Positions 1 to 9,663 of a DNA stretch of 32,000 bases are shown here, one piece after another. The notes under the pieces were generated by a model. That model made no database searches and was not told the origin of the DNA. It saw only the letters and a list, made by a program, of their open reading frames with translations. This DNA comes from an uncultured archaeon (GTDB lineage Archaea; Asgardarchaeota; Thorarchaeia; Thorarchaeales; CAZPUN01). How positions within the stretch are numbered: position 1 is the first letter of the stretch; each line of letters opens with the position of its first letter. The position numbers and the translations under genes are program-made. The stretch covers positions 1 through 32,000 of the forward strand of contig CAZPUN010000056.1 of NCBI GenBank assembly GCA_964589775.1. The letters are read 5' to 3'.

Positions 1-539
1 AACTGAAGCAGGTGTGGAAGAATTTCAACAATGCTCACTTTACTTCCATTCTTAACAAGCTCATCTGCAAATTCAACTCCTATGAATCCACCACCAATAA
101 CTACGACATTCTTCGCATTCTGGGAAACCTCAAGCATGACTTCCAAATCGTCTGGGTTCTTGGTAACGGGAAACACATTTTTCTTATCAGCACCGGGAAT
201 TGGTGGCACGAATGGTTTGGATCCAGTTGCGAGAACCATCTTCTTGTACTTGATTTTTTCTCCACTACGTAGAGTTGCAACATGCCCCTCTAAATCAACA
301 TCTTCAACATAATCTTTAATGAGTTCAATACCCTTCTTTGTTAAGACTTCATCTGGAATCTTATCTTTTTCAACAGACTTGATGGTTCCAAAAATATATG
401 GAATCCCACAAGGAATTACGACGTATTTCTCAGGTCTTACGACCGCAATTTTGGCATCTTTATAATTCTGTCGTGCAGTAACAGCAGTAATGATAGCGGC
501 AGGACCACCGCCAACAATTAAAGCGTCAAATTCTTTCAT
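1..539 (-). CDS. FAD-dependent pyridine nucleotide-disulfide oxidoreductase (NADH oxidase / CoA-disulfide reductase type), 3' end runs off the window
   Basis: Manual translation from ATG 539: MKEFDALIVGGGPAA (FAD GxGxxA), IPCGIPY (single redox Cys), LATGS, VVIGGGFIGVE (NAD binding). RBS GAGGTGA upstream. Missing from the ORF track because the stop is outside the window. Confidence 0.92.
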   Translation of the reverse strand, partial: MKEFDALIVGGGPAAIITAVTARQNYKDAKIAVVRPEKYVVIPCGIPYIFGTIKSVEKDKIPDEVLTKKGIELIKDYVEDVDLEGHVATLRSGEKIKYKKMVLATGSKPFVPPIPGADKKNVFPVTKNPDDLEVMLEVSQNAKNVVVIGGGFIGVEFADELVKNGSKVSIVEILPHLLQ

Positions 540-715
540 TTTAGTCACCTCGCGTTGTAAGTGAGTACATATATTTATAAATTTGAGCTATGTTTAAATA
601 TTTCGTTAGTCGACTGCATAAAAAGCTCAGTATGTGGTACAAAATAATATTCAAATATAAATCAAAATATATAAAAAAGAGCAAAAATATGTAAAAAATG
701 CCCGATATTTTACAT

Positions 716-1423
716 TCATAATATATGTTTGAATTCATTCATAAACTGTTCATAATTATAAAAAGAATAACCATTTTTCTTTAATTTAGAAATCAATGCC
801 GAGATATATGGGAATAGATAAACATCATCAGGATGAATTGGAATTCGAATCGGCATTTTTAGAGAGGTTAAATATTTGAATGTACCCGTAGAAGCGAGTA
901 AGAAGATTAGATCCAGACCTTTATTTCCACCTTCAAAACTCAGTGTAGGTATACTTGCTTTACAATTTCGCTCGAGATCGATAATATCCGATACGTTTGC
1001 AGTATATTTTATATTGAGAGACTTGAGTACATCAAGCAAATAGTCATTAAAACGCCATAGGGGCGGAACAAAAGTATCGGAGACATAACCGAATGCATTT
1101 TTGAATAAATACAACATATACTTCATACGTCCCAGAGTTTCCTTATGCGAAGCCATAGAAAACTCGGAGTGAAGGCCATCTTCCCAATGAGTGGGACCAT
1201 GCATTATGATATGCTGTTCAAGAGACAATATCGTATCGATATATTTCTGATATTTTTCATCATCATTTTCATGTAATAAAGGAAGTAATTCAAATGTGCC
1301 GATCTGATGAGATTTTAGAAGACGCAAAGTATGATTCAAAAAGTTAATTCTGTTCTCAGAAATATCATGAATTTCAATTATGGCTACTTTTATTCCCTTT
1401 CTTATGGATTTTATGGCACTCAT
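716..1423 (-). CDS. DUF2334-like polysaccharide deacetylase (CE4/NodB-like fold)
   Basis: IEIHDIS, MHGPTH...SEF, FVPPLW and RIPIHPDD motifs typical of this family. Confidence 0.7.
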   Translation of the reverse strand: MSAIKSIRKGIKVAIIEIHDISENRINFLNHTLRLLKSHQIGTFELLPLLHENDDEKYQKYIDTILSLEQHIIMHGPTHWEDGLHSEFSMASHKETLGRMKYMLYLFKNAFGYVSDTFVPPLWRFNDYLLDVLKSLNIKYTANVSDIIDLERNCKASIPTLSFEGGNKGLDLIFLLASTGTFKYLTSLKMPIRIPIHPDDVYLFPYISALISKLKKNGYSFYNYEQFMNEFKHIL

Positions 1424-1515
1424 GAACTTTTATGGATTATATCATATTATAAATTTGTTCATGATATATATTTTATATTAGACATATTATCCGAAATGCA
1501 TTTGGAGGTATCCCT

Positions 1516-2856
1516 GTGCGAAAGATTACTAAGATTACATATTCCTCTGGAAGTATTGCTGCAGCAATTTCAAGTACAGCAATTGCTACATATGTTCTAT
1601 TCTATTATGTTGACACGTTAAATCTGAATCCGATTCTTGTAGGAATTGGCATGACCATATGGGCGGTTTGGAATGCAATCAATGATATTCTTGTAGGGCA
1701 ACTTTCTGACAAGACAAGAAGCAAATGGGGTCGAAGAATTCCATTCATTATAATTGGTGGGATACCTTTGGCTATTACAACCATACTTGTCTGGACTCCA
1801 CCATTTACAGCATCTTTCGAAGGCGGAATTCCACTGCTTATTTATTTTACAATTATTTTGCTTCTATTCGATACATTTTATACAATAGTCATTTTACCAT
1901 GGACCGCATTATTTGTGGAACAATTTTCAACTCATGAAGAACGAACGGAAGTGTCCAGTTATCGACAGATTTTTTCAGTTATTGGTGTTATTCTGGGAAC
2001 TGCAGCTCCACCAATAATTTATTCGACGCTTGGTTTTCCAATAATGGGATTAATTTTAGGAATCGTAACAGGTTTGTTTGTATATATTTCGATTATTGGA
2101 ATACACGAACGGGAAGAATTTCTCGCAGATGAGCCACTAAATACATGGGATGCATTAAAATCAACGTTTGTAAATAGATCCTTTATTACATATGTTTTGG
2201 GCTGGTTTATGATTGAGGTAGTGATAATGACTGTACTATCGTCGATGGCGTTCTATACTAAGTATGTACTTAATGCTTCAGATGAATTTACCGCATTTGT
2301 GTTTCTTCTTGCGTTTTCGTCGGCACTTATTTTTATTTTAATATGGCGAGTAATTACAAATAAGATCGGTTCAAGAAACGCAATGATATTTGGAATAATT
2401 GTATTTGGTATGGAACTGCTCATGTTTCTATTCATAGAGACAATTCAACAATTGTTAGTTTTGGCAGTTTTGTTAGGCATGGGTATTGCGCCCGTCATGC
2501 TGCTTCCAGATTTATTGATTGCCGAAGTTATTGATGAAGATGAATTAAAGACAGGAGTTCGGCGGGAGGGTATGTATTTTGGTGCCAATGCATTTGTAAT
2601 TAGACTCTCTACAGTCGTAGAGGCGATAATAATCAGTACAATTTTAACATATTTCGGCTATGATTCCAACTTATCGGTTCAGCCAGCTTCTGTTGCCATA
2701 GGTTTGCGACTGCTTGTGGGAGCAATTCCGATAATCTTTATTGCTATCGCGATAATATCATATATTGCATATCCATTACACGGAGATTATCTCAAAGACA
2801 TCAAGGACCAGTTAGAGGAACTTCATAAAAAGAAAAAAGAAAAGTTAAAAAGTTAG
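1516..2856 (+). CDS. MFS transporter, glycoside-pentoside-hexuronide (MelB-like) family
   Basis: About 12 TM segments; NAINDILVGQLSDKTRSKWGRRIPF and EVIDEDELKTGVRREGMYFG signatures; GTG start with GGAGGT RBS. Confidence 0.92.
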   Translation: MRKITKITYSSGSIAAAISSTAIATYVLFYYVDTLNLNPILVGIGMTIWAVWNAINDILVGQLSDKTRSKWGRRIPFIIIGGIPLAITTILVWTPPFTASFEGGIPLLIYFTIILLLFDTFYTIVILPWTALFVEQFSTHEERTEVSSYRQIFSVIGVILGTAAPPIIYSTLGFPIMGLILGIVTGLFVYISIIGIHEREEFLADEPLNTWDALKSTFVNRSFITYVLGWFMIEVVIMTVLSSMAFYTKYVLNASDEFTAFVFLLAFSSALIFILIWRVITNKIGSRNAMIFGIIVFGMELLMFLFIETIQQLLVLAVLLGMGIAPVMLLPDLLIAEVIDEDELKTGVRREGMYFGANAFVIRLSTVVEAIIISTILTYFGYDSNLSVQPASVAIGLRLLVGAIPIIFIAIAIISYIAYPLHGDYLKDIKDQLEELHKKKKEKLKS

Positions 2857-3494
2857 TCAACATTGTCTGTTTGAGCCGTTTCTTCCTGTTGCATGTCACC
2901 GAATGTTATATTAAGAATACTAAATTTATCTGCTATTTCTTTTGACGGATATTGCGACGTCTCATATTTTATGTTCCACGCCTTTGCAAGTTCTAAGATA
3001 TCACGAATTGCAACGCTACGCATATTCATCTCAATATGATCGACTATCAGAAATACAACGAACAGAATACCCGTAATTAGAATGAATATTATGAAAATAT
3101 TAAGAAAGGACGATAACCAATCAGAAAACATATTGGCAATATTTGGATTAATAGAATAGATTAGAAATTGTACACCGAAACCAACAACATAAAATATTGC
3201 TCCAAAGATTAATATTATAATAAACAACATTGTAATTACGGCGATCCATTGGAATATGTTTCTAAGTTTTTCAGAAATTGTGGCGACACCTATCCATTCA
3301 TGAGATTCAAAGTTTGACTTTATTAGTGTTCGTCCTTTTTCAAATCTTAACACTGCATCATCTTCTGCATATGTATAACCTTTATTTTTAAAATACTGAA
3401 CAATATCCGGTAAATCATGGTTTTTTATATTGAAATAGAAGGTCCATAAGGAACCTGTTTTTTGATCTTGTACCCACGAACTCATAAAAACCAT
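2853..3494 (-). CDS. hypothetical membrane protein (2 TM)
   Basis: 213-aa ORF with two long hydrophobic helices; 3' end overlaps the convergent MFS gene by 4 nt. Confidence 0.7.
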   Translation of the reverse strand: MVFMSSWVQDQKTGSLWTFYFNIKNHDLPDIVQYFKNKGYTYAEDDAVLRFEKGRTLIKSNFESHEWIGVATISEKLRNIFQWIAVITMLFIIILIFGAIFYVVGFGVQFLIYSINPNIANMFSDWLSSFLNIFIIFILITGILFVVFLIVDHIEMNMRSVAIRDILELAKAWNIKYETSQYPSKEIADKFSILNITFGDMQQEETAQTDNVD

Positions 3495-3714
3495 CTCGTA
3501 ATATACAAATAAAACATATTTAATAAATATATCTCGGAATGTCCAAAGAGATCCATAGAATTTATTTTCTATTTAAAATTTGTAGGTTTTGATTGTCTTT
3601 AAAGTTAAATAATTCAAAAAAAGAATTTATCAACTAAAACTATAAAAGAATAATCAAAAAAATATTAATATAAGGACAAAATATCGAGTATTTGAAAAAA
3701 TCGAGGGACCTTAA

Positions 3715-6594
3715 ATGAGTTCTTTAATGGCAGCAAGTAAAATGAAAATGATTTTAGCTCTTGTTGTTACTTCTGTTGTAGTCGTTTCTGGAGTTGTAGG
3801 GGTTCAGATTCTCATAAATAATCAGGCTCAGAATGTACTTGAAGACTCAAGTATTGAACTGGTTTCATTGAATCTACAAACTTCAGTAAATGGAGATCTT
3901 TTAATTAATACAACGATAAAAGTTGTAAATCCGTCGAATTATAATGCAACTTCAAATGAGACAACGGTCGATGTTAGATATTCGGGAGGATATTTATGTT
4001 CAATTGATATACCATCTCTGAATATCAAACCGGGAACTAATTATTTCACCTTTACTTCAAGTCTGAACAATATTTCACAAACTATTTTTGAAAACTTCTT
4101 TTATGACTTCTTTATGGATTCTTCAGTAAATCTTGAAATCAGTGCGAAAGTTCATATTAGTGTCCCGACAATTGCAAACCTGAAAATTGATTTGACGTTA
4201 AACAAAACTGTATCGTTGAGTGCCCTAAACAAATTATCAAATTCCTACATTCGTAGTATTTCAATGATCAATGCGACTTCAAATATGATTTCATTCGGGG
4301 CGCAGGTAGTAATTGTTAACCCGACTGATGTTTCATTTTCCATTAAGAATATGTTGATGAACTTTTCATACGCGGGAGAAGTTCTTGGCAATATTACTAT
4401 TGCAAACAAGACAATAGTGCACGGCAATAATATAATTTCCGTAGAAGGTGTATTTCAGCCCAAGAATCAAACTGCAGCTCAGGAGCTTGTCCAGACTTTT
4501 ATCGCTGGGCAGAGTGCTCAAATCTCTGTGAGCTTCAGAGCAGATTCATTAGTCAGTGGTCTAACATCACCTATAACTCTGAATTTTGAAATGAATGCAA
4601 ACATGAATGGGCTTTCAGGAATTGATGTTTTTCTAAATGCTCTTAAATTCCTCTCAATTTCTGAAGATGCAATCGAAACAATGCTGAACCTTACCATATA
4701 TAATCCATCATCAGTAGTTGGTGACCTACCGGATATGTATTTTGATCTGCTGTATAATGGAGAATATTTGGGTATTGCCTATGTTCCCACATTACCATTC
4801 TATCAGGGAAACAATACATACACTGTAAATGCGACATTTACCGATGCAAATTCGACAAATGTGAAAACGATGATTCAAAACATGCTGAACGGAAATGATG
4901 TCGCAATAACTCTGAAAGGTTCTACAGGCAAGAATCTCCTTTCAACGCTTGTGTCAGGCTGGAATAAAACTGTAAATATACCTAGCCCTGGAAAACTTGA
5001 ATTCAATCTGTCGAACATTAAGTTGATAAATTCAAGTGCAAACGCAATAACAGTGCAGACAAACATTTCGATATATAATCCAATAGACGTGGATCTAAAC
5101 ATTTCAAATGCGGCTTTTGATGTTTTTGTTAATTCTACGGATTATCTGGGAAATATCACACTGACAGATTTACAAATCCATAACGGCTGGAATAACTTTA
5201 CTACTGATTTGAGCATAGTTGCTGCAGATACGAACAAACTTTCAGATTTGATAAACTCATATATGGAAGGACACAATATCACACTTACAATTAGAGGCCA
5301 TGAGACTTCTGGATTGATTAGTGATATTGTCAGCAGCTTGTCTTATAATATCACATTGTGTGGTGTTCAGCCAACAGATATTGCCATAATAAGCTTCGAA
5401 TTATATAATGCGACTCACGGTTCGGTAGTATTTAACGTGACCATTAAAATTAACAATCCTACACAATATGATGTTGATTTGAACAATCTGACATTTGCCG
5501 TTGAGTATGAACACAACAAACTTGGAAATATCACACTACCCGCCATGCATGTATTACGTGGTGTGCATATTTACAGTGTTCTAATTAATTTCACAATTGC
5601 CAATGAAACTGCAATTCAAATTCTCCTAACCGATTACGTACATGGAAGACATATTGAACTTTTAGTGAAAGGCATGCCGAATGGTACAGATATCCTATCC
5701 AAAGTCTTAGCAAATTATTCAACGTACATCGTTCTACCGCCATTGAATCTTAATCCGAGAATTACAAACTTCACACTTGTAGATACAACTGCAGATACGA
5801 TCCATGTGAAGATGGAGATTGCTCTTGATAACAATGCAAATATGAATATCACACTTGATTCAGCAAACTTTACAATCTACTTTAAAGGTGAAGTAATTGG
5901 AAATCTCACAATATCGAATTATACACTAATTGTGGGTACGAATTACATTCAGTCTGATGTTTATCTTGTTAAGGGCAATAGTTCTACATTAAATGACCTA
6001 CTCTCGAATTATATTATGGGATTGAATTCTACGGTTATGATCGTTGGAAACTTCAGTACAGACCTCGAAGGATCAATAAATATGACTTCCGTAGATGTAA
6101 ATCTTACCACAAGTCTTGTCGGAATTCAGGAAAGCTTGATAGAAAGCGTAACTGTCGATACCATTTCTATTAATCTATCTTATAATCCGATTACCGGTAC
6201 GATTACTGCAAGTTATACGGTTAATGCAGTTGCAAACATCCGAAATCCACTTCCATTCGACATAAATATAACATACATAACGTACGAGATATACTTTAAC
6301 GATCCGGACGGTGCATCATTCTACATTTTGAGCTATCCTCCAAAGAATAATATATATCTGACAACCATCGAAGAAAATTACACGACCCCAGTAGGAGTTG
6401 CGGGTGATAGTACAACCAGCCTAACAGCTTCATATACGAGTAGTAATGTCGAGATGGCAATTCGACTGAATGATGAGTACAATTCAAAGAATCAACTCCA
6501 CATTGATATTCGAAGTGGCACAATGGTTGTTCAAATAGGCGAATTTGAAATTACGCTTAACTTCGCATTTTCAAACGTCTATGTTTCAAAGTAA
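3715..6594 (+). CDS. membrane-anchored protein of 7 tandem LEA_2-like (DUF3712/Tag1-like) beta-sandwich repeats
   Basis: N-terminal TM helix followed by seven ~125-aa units, each with (I/V)xNP...Y.G..(L/I)G.(I/L).....I..G.N; many N-x-S/T sequons; GAGGGA RBS. Confidence 0.8.
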   Translation: MSSLMAASKMKMILALVVTSVVVVSGVVGVQILINNQAQNVLEDSSIELVSLNLQTSVNGDLLINTTIKVVNPSNYNATSNETTVDVRYSGGYLCSIDIPSLNIKPGTNYFTFTSSLNNISQTIFENFFYDFFMDSSVNLEISAKVHISVPTIANLKIDLTLNKTVSLSALNKLSNSYIRSISMINATSNMISFGAQVVIVNPTDVSFSIKNMLMNFSYAGEVLGNITIANKTIVHGNNIISVEGVFQPKNQTAAQELVQTFIAGQSAQISVSFRADSLVSGLTSPITLNFEMNANMNGLSGIDVFLNALKFLSISEDAIETMLNLTIYNPSSVVGDLPDMYFDLLYNGEYLGIAYVPTLPFYQGNNTYTVNATFTDANSTNVKTMIQNMLNGNDVAITLKGSTGKNLLSTLVSGWNKTVNIPSPGKLEFNLSNIKLINSSANAITVQTNISIYNPIDVDLNISNAAFDVFVNSTDYLGNITLTDLQIHNGWNNFTTDLSIVAADTNKLSDLINSYMEGHNITLTIRGHETSGLISDIVSSLSYNITLCGVQPTDIAIISFELYNATHGSVVFNVTIKINNPTQYDVDLNNLTFAVEYEHNKLGNITLPAMHVLRGVHIYSVLINFTIANETAIQILLTDYVHGRHIELLVKGMPNGTDILSKVLANYSTYIVLPPLNLNPRITNFTLVDTTADTIHVKMEIALDNNANMNITLDSANFTIYFKGEVIGNLTISNYTLIVGTNYIQSDVYLVKGNSSTLNDLLSNYIMGLNSTVMIVGNFSTDLEGSINMTSVDVNLTTSLVGIQESLIESVTVDTISINLSYNPITGTITASYTVNAVANIRNPLPFDINITYITYEIYFNDPDGASFYILSYPPKNNIYLTTIEENYTTPVGVAGDSTTSLTASYTSSNVEMAIRLNDEYNSKNQLHIDIRSGTMVVQIGEFEITLNFAFSNVYVSK

Positions 6595-6601
6595 TCCTCA
6601 A

Positions 6602-6621
6602 TTTCTTTCTTTTTTATTTTT
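6602..6621 (+). terminator. U-rich archaeal terminator
   Basis: TTTCTTTCTTTTTTATTTTT directly after the 6594 stop. Confidence 0.45.
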
Positions 6622-6688
6622 CATGTTTCTAATAAATTCTCATTAATCTAAAAATATATTTAAGTGCTAATTTTAAACGAAAACTGAA

Positions 6689-6910
6689 ATGATTACATTT
6701 GATCCTAGACCTCAGAAAATATTCATGAAAATGAATTCGAAGGTACAACAAGATATTATGAATACATTACATGAGCTGGAGCGGGAGCCTCAATTACGAA
6801 AAAGGCATGGAGGCTCGAAAATTTATACGGTTCGAGTGGGACATTATTGCATAGGCTACCTGCCAATTGATGATGTAATTAGAGTTCTTCAGATACGAAA
6901 AATAAAATGA
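6689..6910 (+). CDS. RelE/ParE-like small protein (orphan, degenerate)
   Basis: 73 aa; layout ITF...QK...M....Q..I...L.EL...P, then IYTVRVGHYCIGY...IRVLQI, resembling RelE YRLRVGDYRIIY. Confidence 0.6.
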   Translation: MITFDPRPQKIFMKMNSKVQQDIMNTLHELEREPQLRKRHGGSKIYTVRVGHYCIGYLPIDDVIRVLQIRKIK

Positions 6911-6978
6911 AACAATAAAAAAGTAATACAATTCATAAAAAATATTAACAAATTAGAATTACAGTCTAATCGATTAAA

Positions 6979-7965
6979 ATGAGCAACGCTAGAGTGCTTT
7001 ACAGCGTATCATGGATACCCGCAACACTTGTTAGAAATTTTATAACCACGGATTGGGAGATTGTAGAGTTTGATCCGAAAAACTACGATGAAAAAATTTT
7101 TGAAAAGCCCTTTGAAGTGATTGTAGGCAGTGTTAAAAAAGAAATTTTTGAAAAAGTAAGGGGTGTCAAATACAACATATTTCAGGGAGCTGGCGTGGAT
7201 TGGGTGGATTATGGATTTTACAAGGACTTGGGTATTACATTAATAAACTGTCACGCAAATGCTAGGACAGTTGCAGAACATGGCTTCGCGCTTATTTTAG
7301 ACCAATGCAAGCGAATATCCATAAGCGATAGAAAAATCCGTGAATTGAAAGGCACATGGCCACCGAAAGAGTTCAATTATGCTTTGAGCATAGCACTTCG
7401 AGGAAAAATCCTGCTAAGTTTAGGGACAGGACGAATCGGTCGATATATAGCAAAATTCGCAAAGGCATTCGAAATGTACACAATAGGAATAAGACGCCAT
7501 GCAGGTCCCGTTGAGTATTTTGATGAGATTCATACTATAGATGAACTAAATGACATTTTGCCAAGGGCAGATATTGTTTTTACAGCATTACCACTCACCA
7601 AGAAAACTGAAGGACTAATTGATCTTGAGAAATTTAAATTGATGAAGCCAAGTGCCATTTTTGTAAATATCGGACGAGGACGTGTTGTGGATGAAGAGTC
7701 ATTATACATTGCATTGAGAGATAAAATAATTCGTGGGGCAGCAATAGACGTTCATTACATGTATCCGTGGGAACAGAAAGAAAAACCATACAAAATGGCA
7801 AACTTTCCATTTTTTGAATTAGAGAACATCACGATTACTCCACATAGAGCATGGACTTCAGATGAAGTCGCAGAGGAAATAGCACGAGATATCGCTCGGA
7901 AACTCGACATAATAAGGCGAGGAGAACCAATTCCAGACGTAGTAAATCTTGATGAGGGATATTAA
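6979..7965 (+). CDS. D-isomer-specific 2-hydroxyacid dehydrogenase
   Basis: GAGVD, VAEH, LGTGRIG (GxGxxG), LPLTKKTEGLI, FVNIGRG, AAIDV, ITPH motifs. Confidence 0.93.
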   Translation: MSNARVLYSVSWIPATLVRNFITTDWEIVEFDPKNYDEKIFEKPFEVIVGSVKKEIFEKVRGVKYNIFQGAGVDWVDYGFYKDLGITLINCHANARTVAEHGFALILDQCKRISISDRKIRELKGTWPPKEFNYALSIALRGKILLSLGTGRIGRYIAKFAKAFEMYTIGIRRHAGPVEYFDEIHTIDELNDILPRADIVFTALPLTKKTEGLIDLEKFKLMKPSAIFVNIGRGRVVDEESLYIALRDKIIRGAAIDVHYMYPWEQKEKPYKMANFPFFELENITITPHRAWTSDEVAEEIARDIARKLDIIRRGEPIPDVVNLDEGY

Positions 7966-8119
7966 ACTATCATAAATTATTATTTTTAAAAAGTGCATCA
8001 TTGCGAAAAAAATTTCATAAAACATCAACAAATCGCCAAAAGCTTAATAACTAAGAAAATATCAGATATTATAATAGATATACAAAAAAAATTTTGTATG
8101 ACTTTGAAAGGGATAAAAA

Positions 8120-8461
8120 ATGACTGTACCAAAGGGACTTTCAGCGGTTGAAGTAGCCAAGTTGCACTATGACCTGTTGAAAGAATCAAGAGATAAATGG
8201 GCGGAGACCATAGTAAAAAGTCTTCGTGAGCAATTAAAGAAAGTCCGAGGATCTTCGGCAGAATTCTGGTATAATACCGGACATAGATATGCTGAAAAAG
8301 GCATCCATTACGTCTTCGACCATATCGATAAGGAAGAAGAAGATTATATGAAAATATTCTTCAAAAGACTAGATAAAGATGGAAACCAGATGGGATTACC
8401 CGTACCGATCCATTTAGTCAAGGAAGATGGCGAATGGCGTGTAAAGATGGCTTCCTACTAA
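8120..8461 (+). CDS. hypothetical protein, possible NTF2/DUF4878-like fold
   Basis: 113-aa ORF ending IHLVKEDGEWRV, a strand-turn-strand typical of NTF2-like C-termini. Confidence 0.65.
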   Translation: MTVPKGLSAVEVAKLHYDLLKESRDKWAETIVKSLREQLKKVRGSSAEFWYNTGHRYAEKGIHYVFDHIDKEEEDYMKIFFKRLDKDGNQMGLPVPIHLVKEDGEWRVKMASY

Positions 8462-8520
8462 CTTGCTAAAAGGCAAAAATAAATATATTTCGTGTTCTCT
8501 TATTTTTTTAGATTAATTCC

Positions 8521-9132
8521 ATGGGAGTGGTTAATAGGTTGACAAATATTATGCGAATACATCTTTTTGATGAGGAACCATGGCATGACATATTAAGGCG
8601 GAAGGGCTGGATAACAAAAGGCTATCAGTATGAAATGGTATGCAAATTACCACCACCTGAATTGAATTTAAAACTTCCTGAGGGATTCATAGTTCGTCAG
8701 ATGAGATGTGATGAAGATAAAGAAATAGTAGAAGTAATTAACGAAGCATATGAACATGAACGCATTAGAGGAAGCTTAATTGAAAACATGAAAGCCCGAT
8801 ATACTGATTGGACTTGTGATTTTTGCTGGTTAATAGAAAAAAATGGGGAAATCGCATCAGTAGTTGTCTCACGTCCTCGTCAGGAGTATATTGACTATTT
8901 TGGAATTAAAAGAGGCTACGTGGGTCCAATTGGGACACGCCCAAAATATCAAGGTATGGGTCTTGCAACTTACTTAACACATCATGTTCTTAAATTCTAT
9001 ACGGATTTAGGATATGATGAAGTTTCCCTATGGGTATTCTCATCAACACCAAATGCAATTAGGATCTACGAAAGACTTGGATTTGTTAAAATAAATAGAG
9101 TTACAAATTATGATAAAGTTTTGGAGATATAG
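8521..9132 (+). CDS. GNAT family N-acetyltransferase
   Basis: IGTRPKYQGMGLA (acetyl-CoA motif A) and AIRIYERLGF. Confidence 0.88.
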   Translation: MGVVNRLTNIMRIHLFDEEPWHDILRRKGWITKGYQYEMVCKLPPPELNLKLPEGFIVRQMRCDEDKEIVEVINEAYEHERIRGSLIENMKARYTDWTCDFCWLIEKNGEIASVVVSRPRQEYIDYFGIKRGYVGPIGTRPKYQGMGLATYLTHHVLKFYTDLGYDEVSLWVFSSTPNAIRIYERLGFVKINRVTNYDKVLEI

Positions 9133-9235
9133 AGGCAAAACAAAATATCCAACAATAAATTAAAAATTTCATTAAAAAGTAATAATATTTTTAAGAGATT
9201 ATGATAAATAAAGGGTAATAGGAGGATTAAAAAAA

Positions 9236-9598
9236 ATGCCAAGGAAAAAAGGTGGAACGTCATATGGTAAGATATTCCTAGTACTTGTTATTCTCGCCGT
9301 TGGAGGATATGTCGCATATCATGATGGACTTTTCGGAGTAACTTCAATAAGAGATATTTCAAGTAGTATGGCAGACCAAGAAATTCGTATTAAAGGTCGC
9401 GTTGTCGAGGTTCAGAGTTCTGCAGATTTATTTAGAATATCTGACGGTTCAGCATCTATTTGGGTTCATTGGGAATTAGATCTTCCACATATTAATGATA
9501 CTGTAGTTGTCAGTGGAGTTGTACAAACCCAGAACATAATAATTACATTGCTCTGGATAGATGCAAAATCAATTACTCCGGTATGGATTTTTAAATAA
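9236..9598 (+). CDS. membrane-anchored OB-fold protein
   Basis: N-terminal TM helix, then IRIKGRV...FRISDGSASIWV...DTVVVSGVV (OB-fold strand pattern); GGAGGA RBS. Confidence 0.7.
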   Translation: MPRKKGGTSYGKIFLVLVILAVGGYVAYHDGLFGVTSIRDISSSMADQEIRIKGRVVEVQSSADLFRISDGSASIWVHWELDLPHINDTVVVSGVVQTQNIIITLLWIDAKSITPVWIFK

Positions 9599-9663
9599 AC
9601 AAAACAATGCCTTCCCTTTTTTTATAAATATATTAATATGAATTCGTAAAGAGAGTCAAAATC

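Noticed and set aside
12-312. Short ORFs 12-272, 31-312 and 101-283
   Set aside because: Shadows of the minus-strand oxidoreductase.
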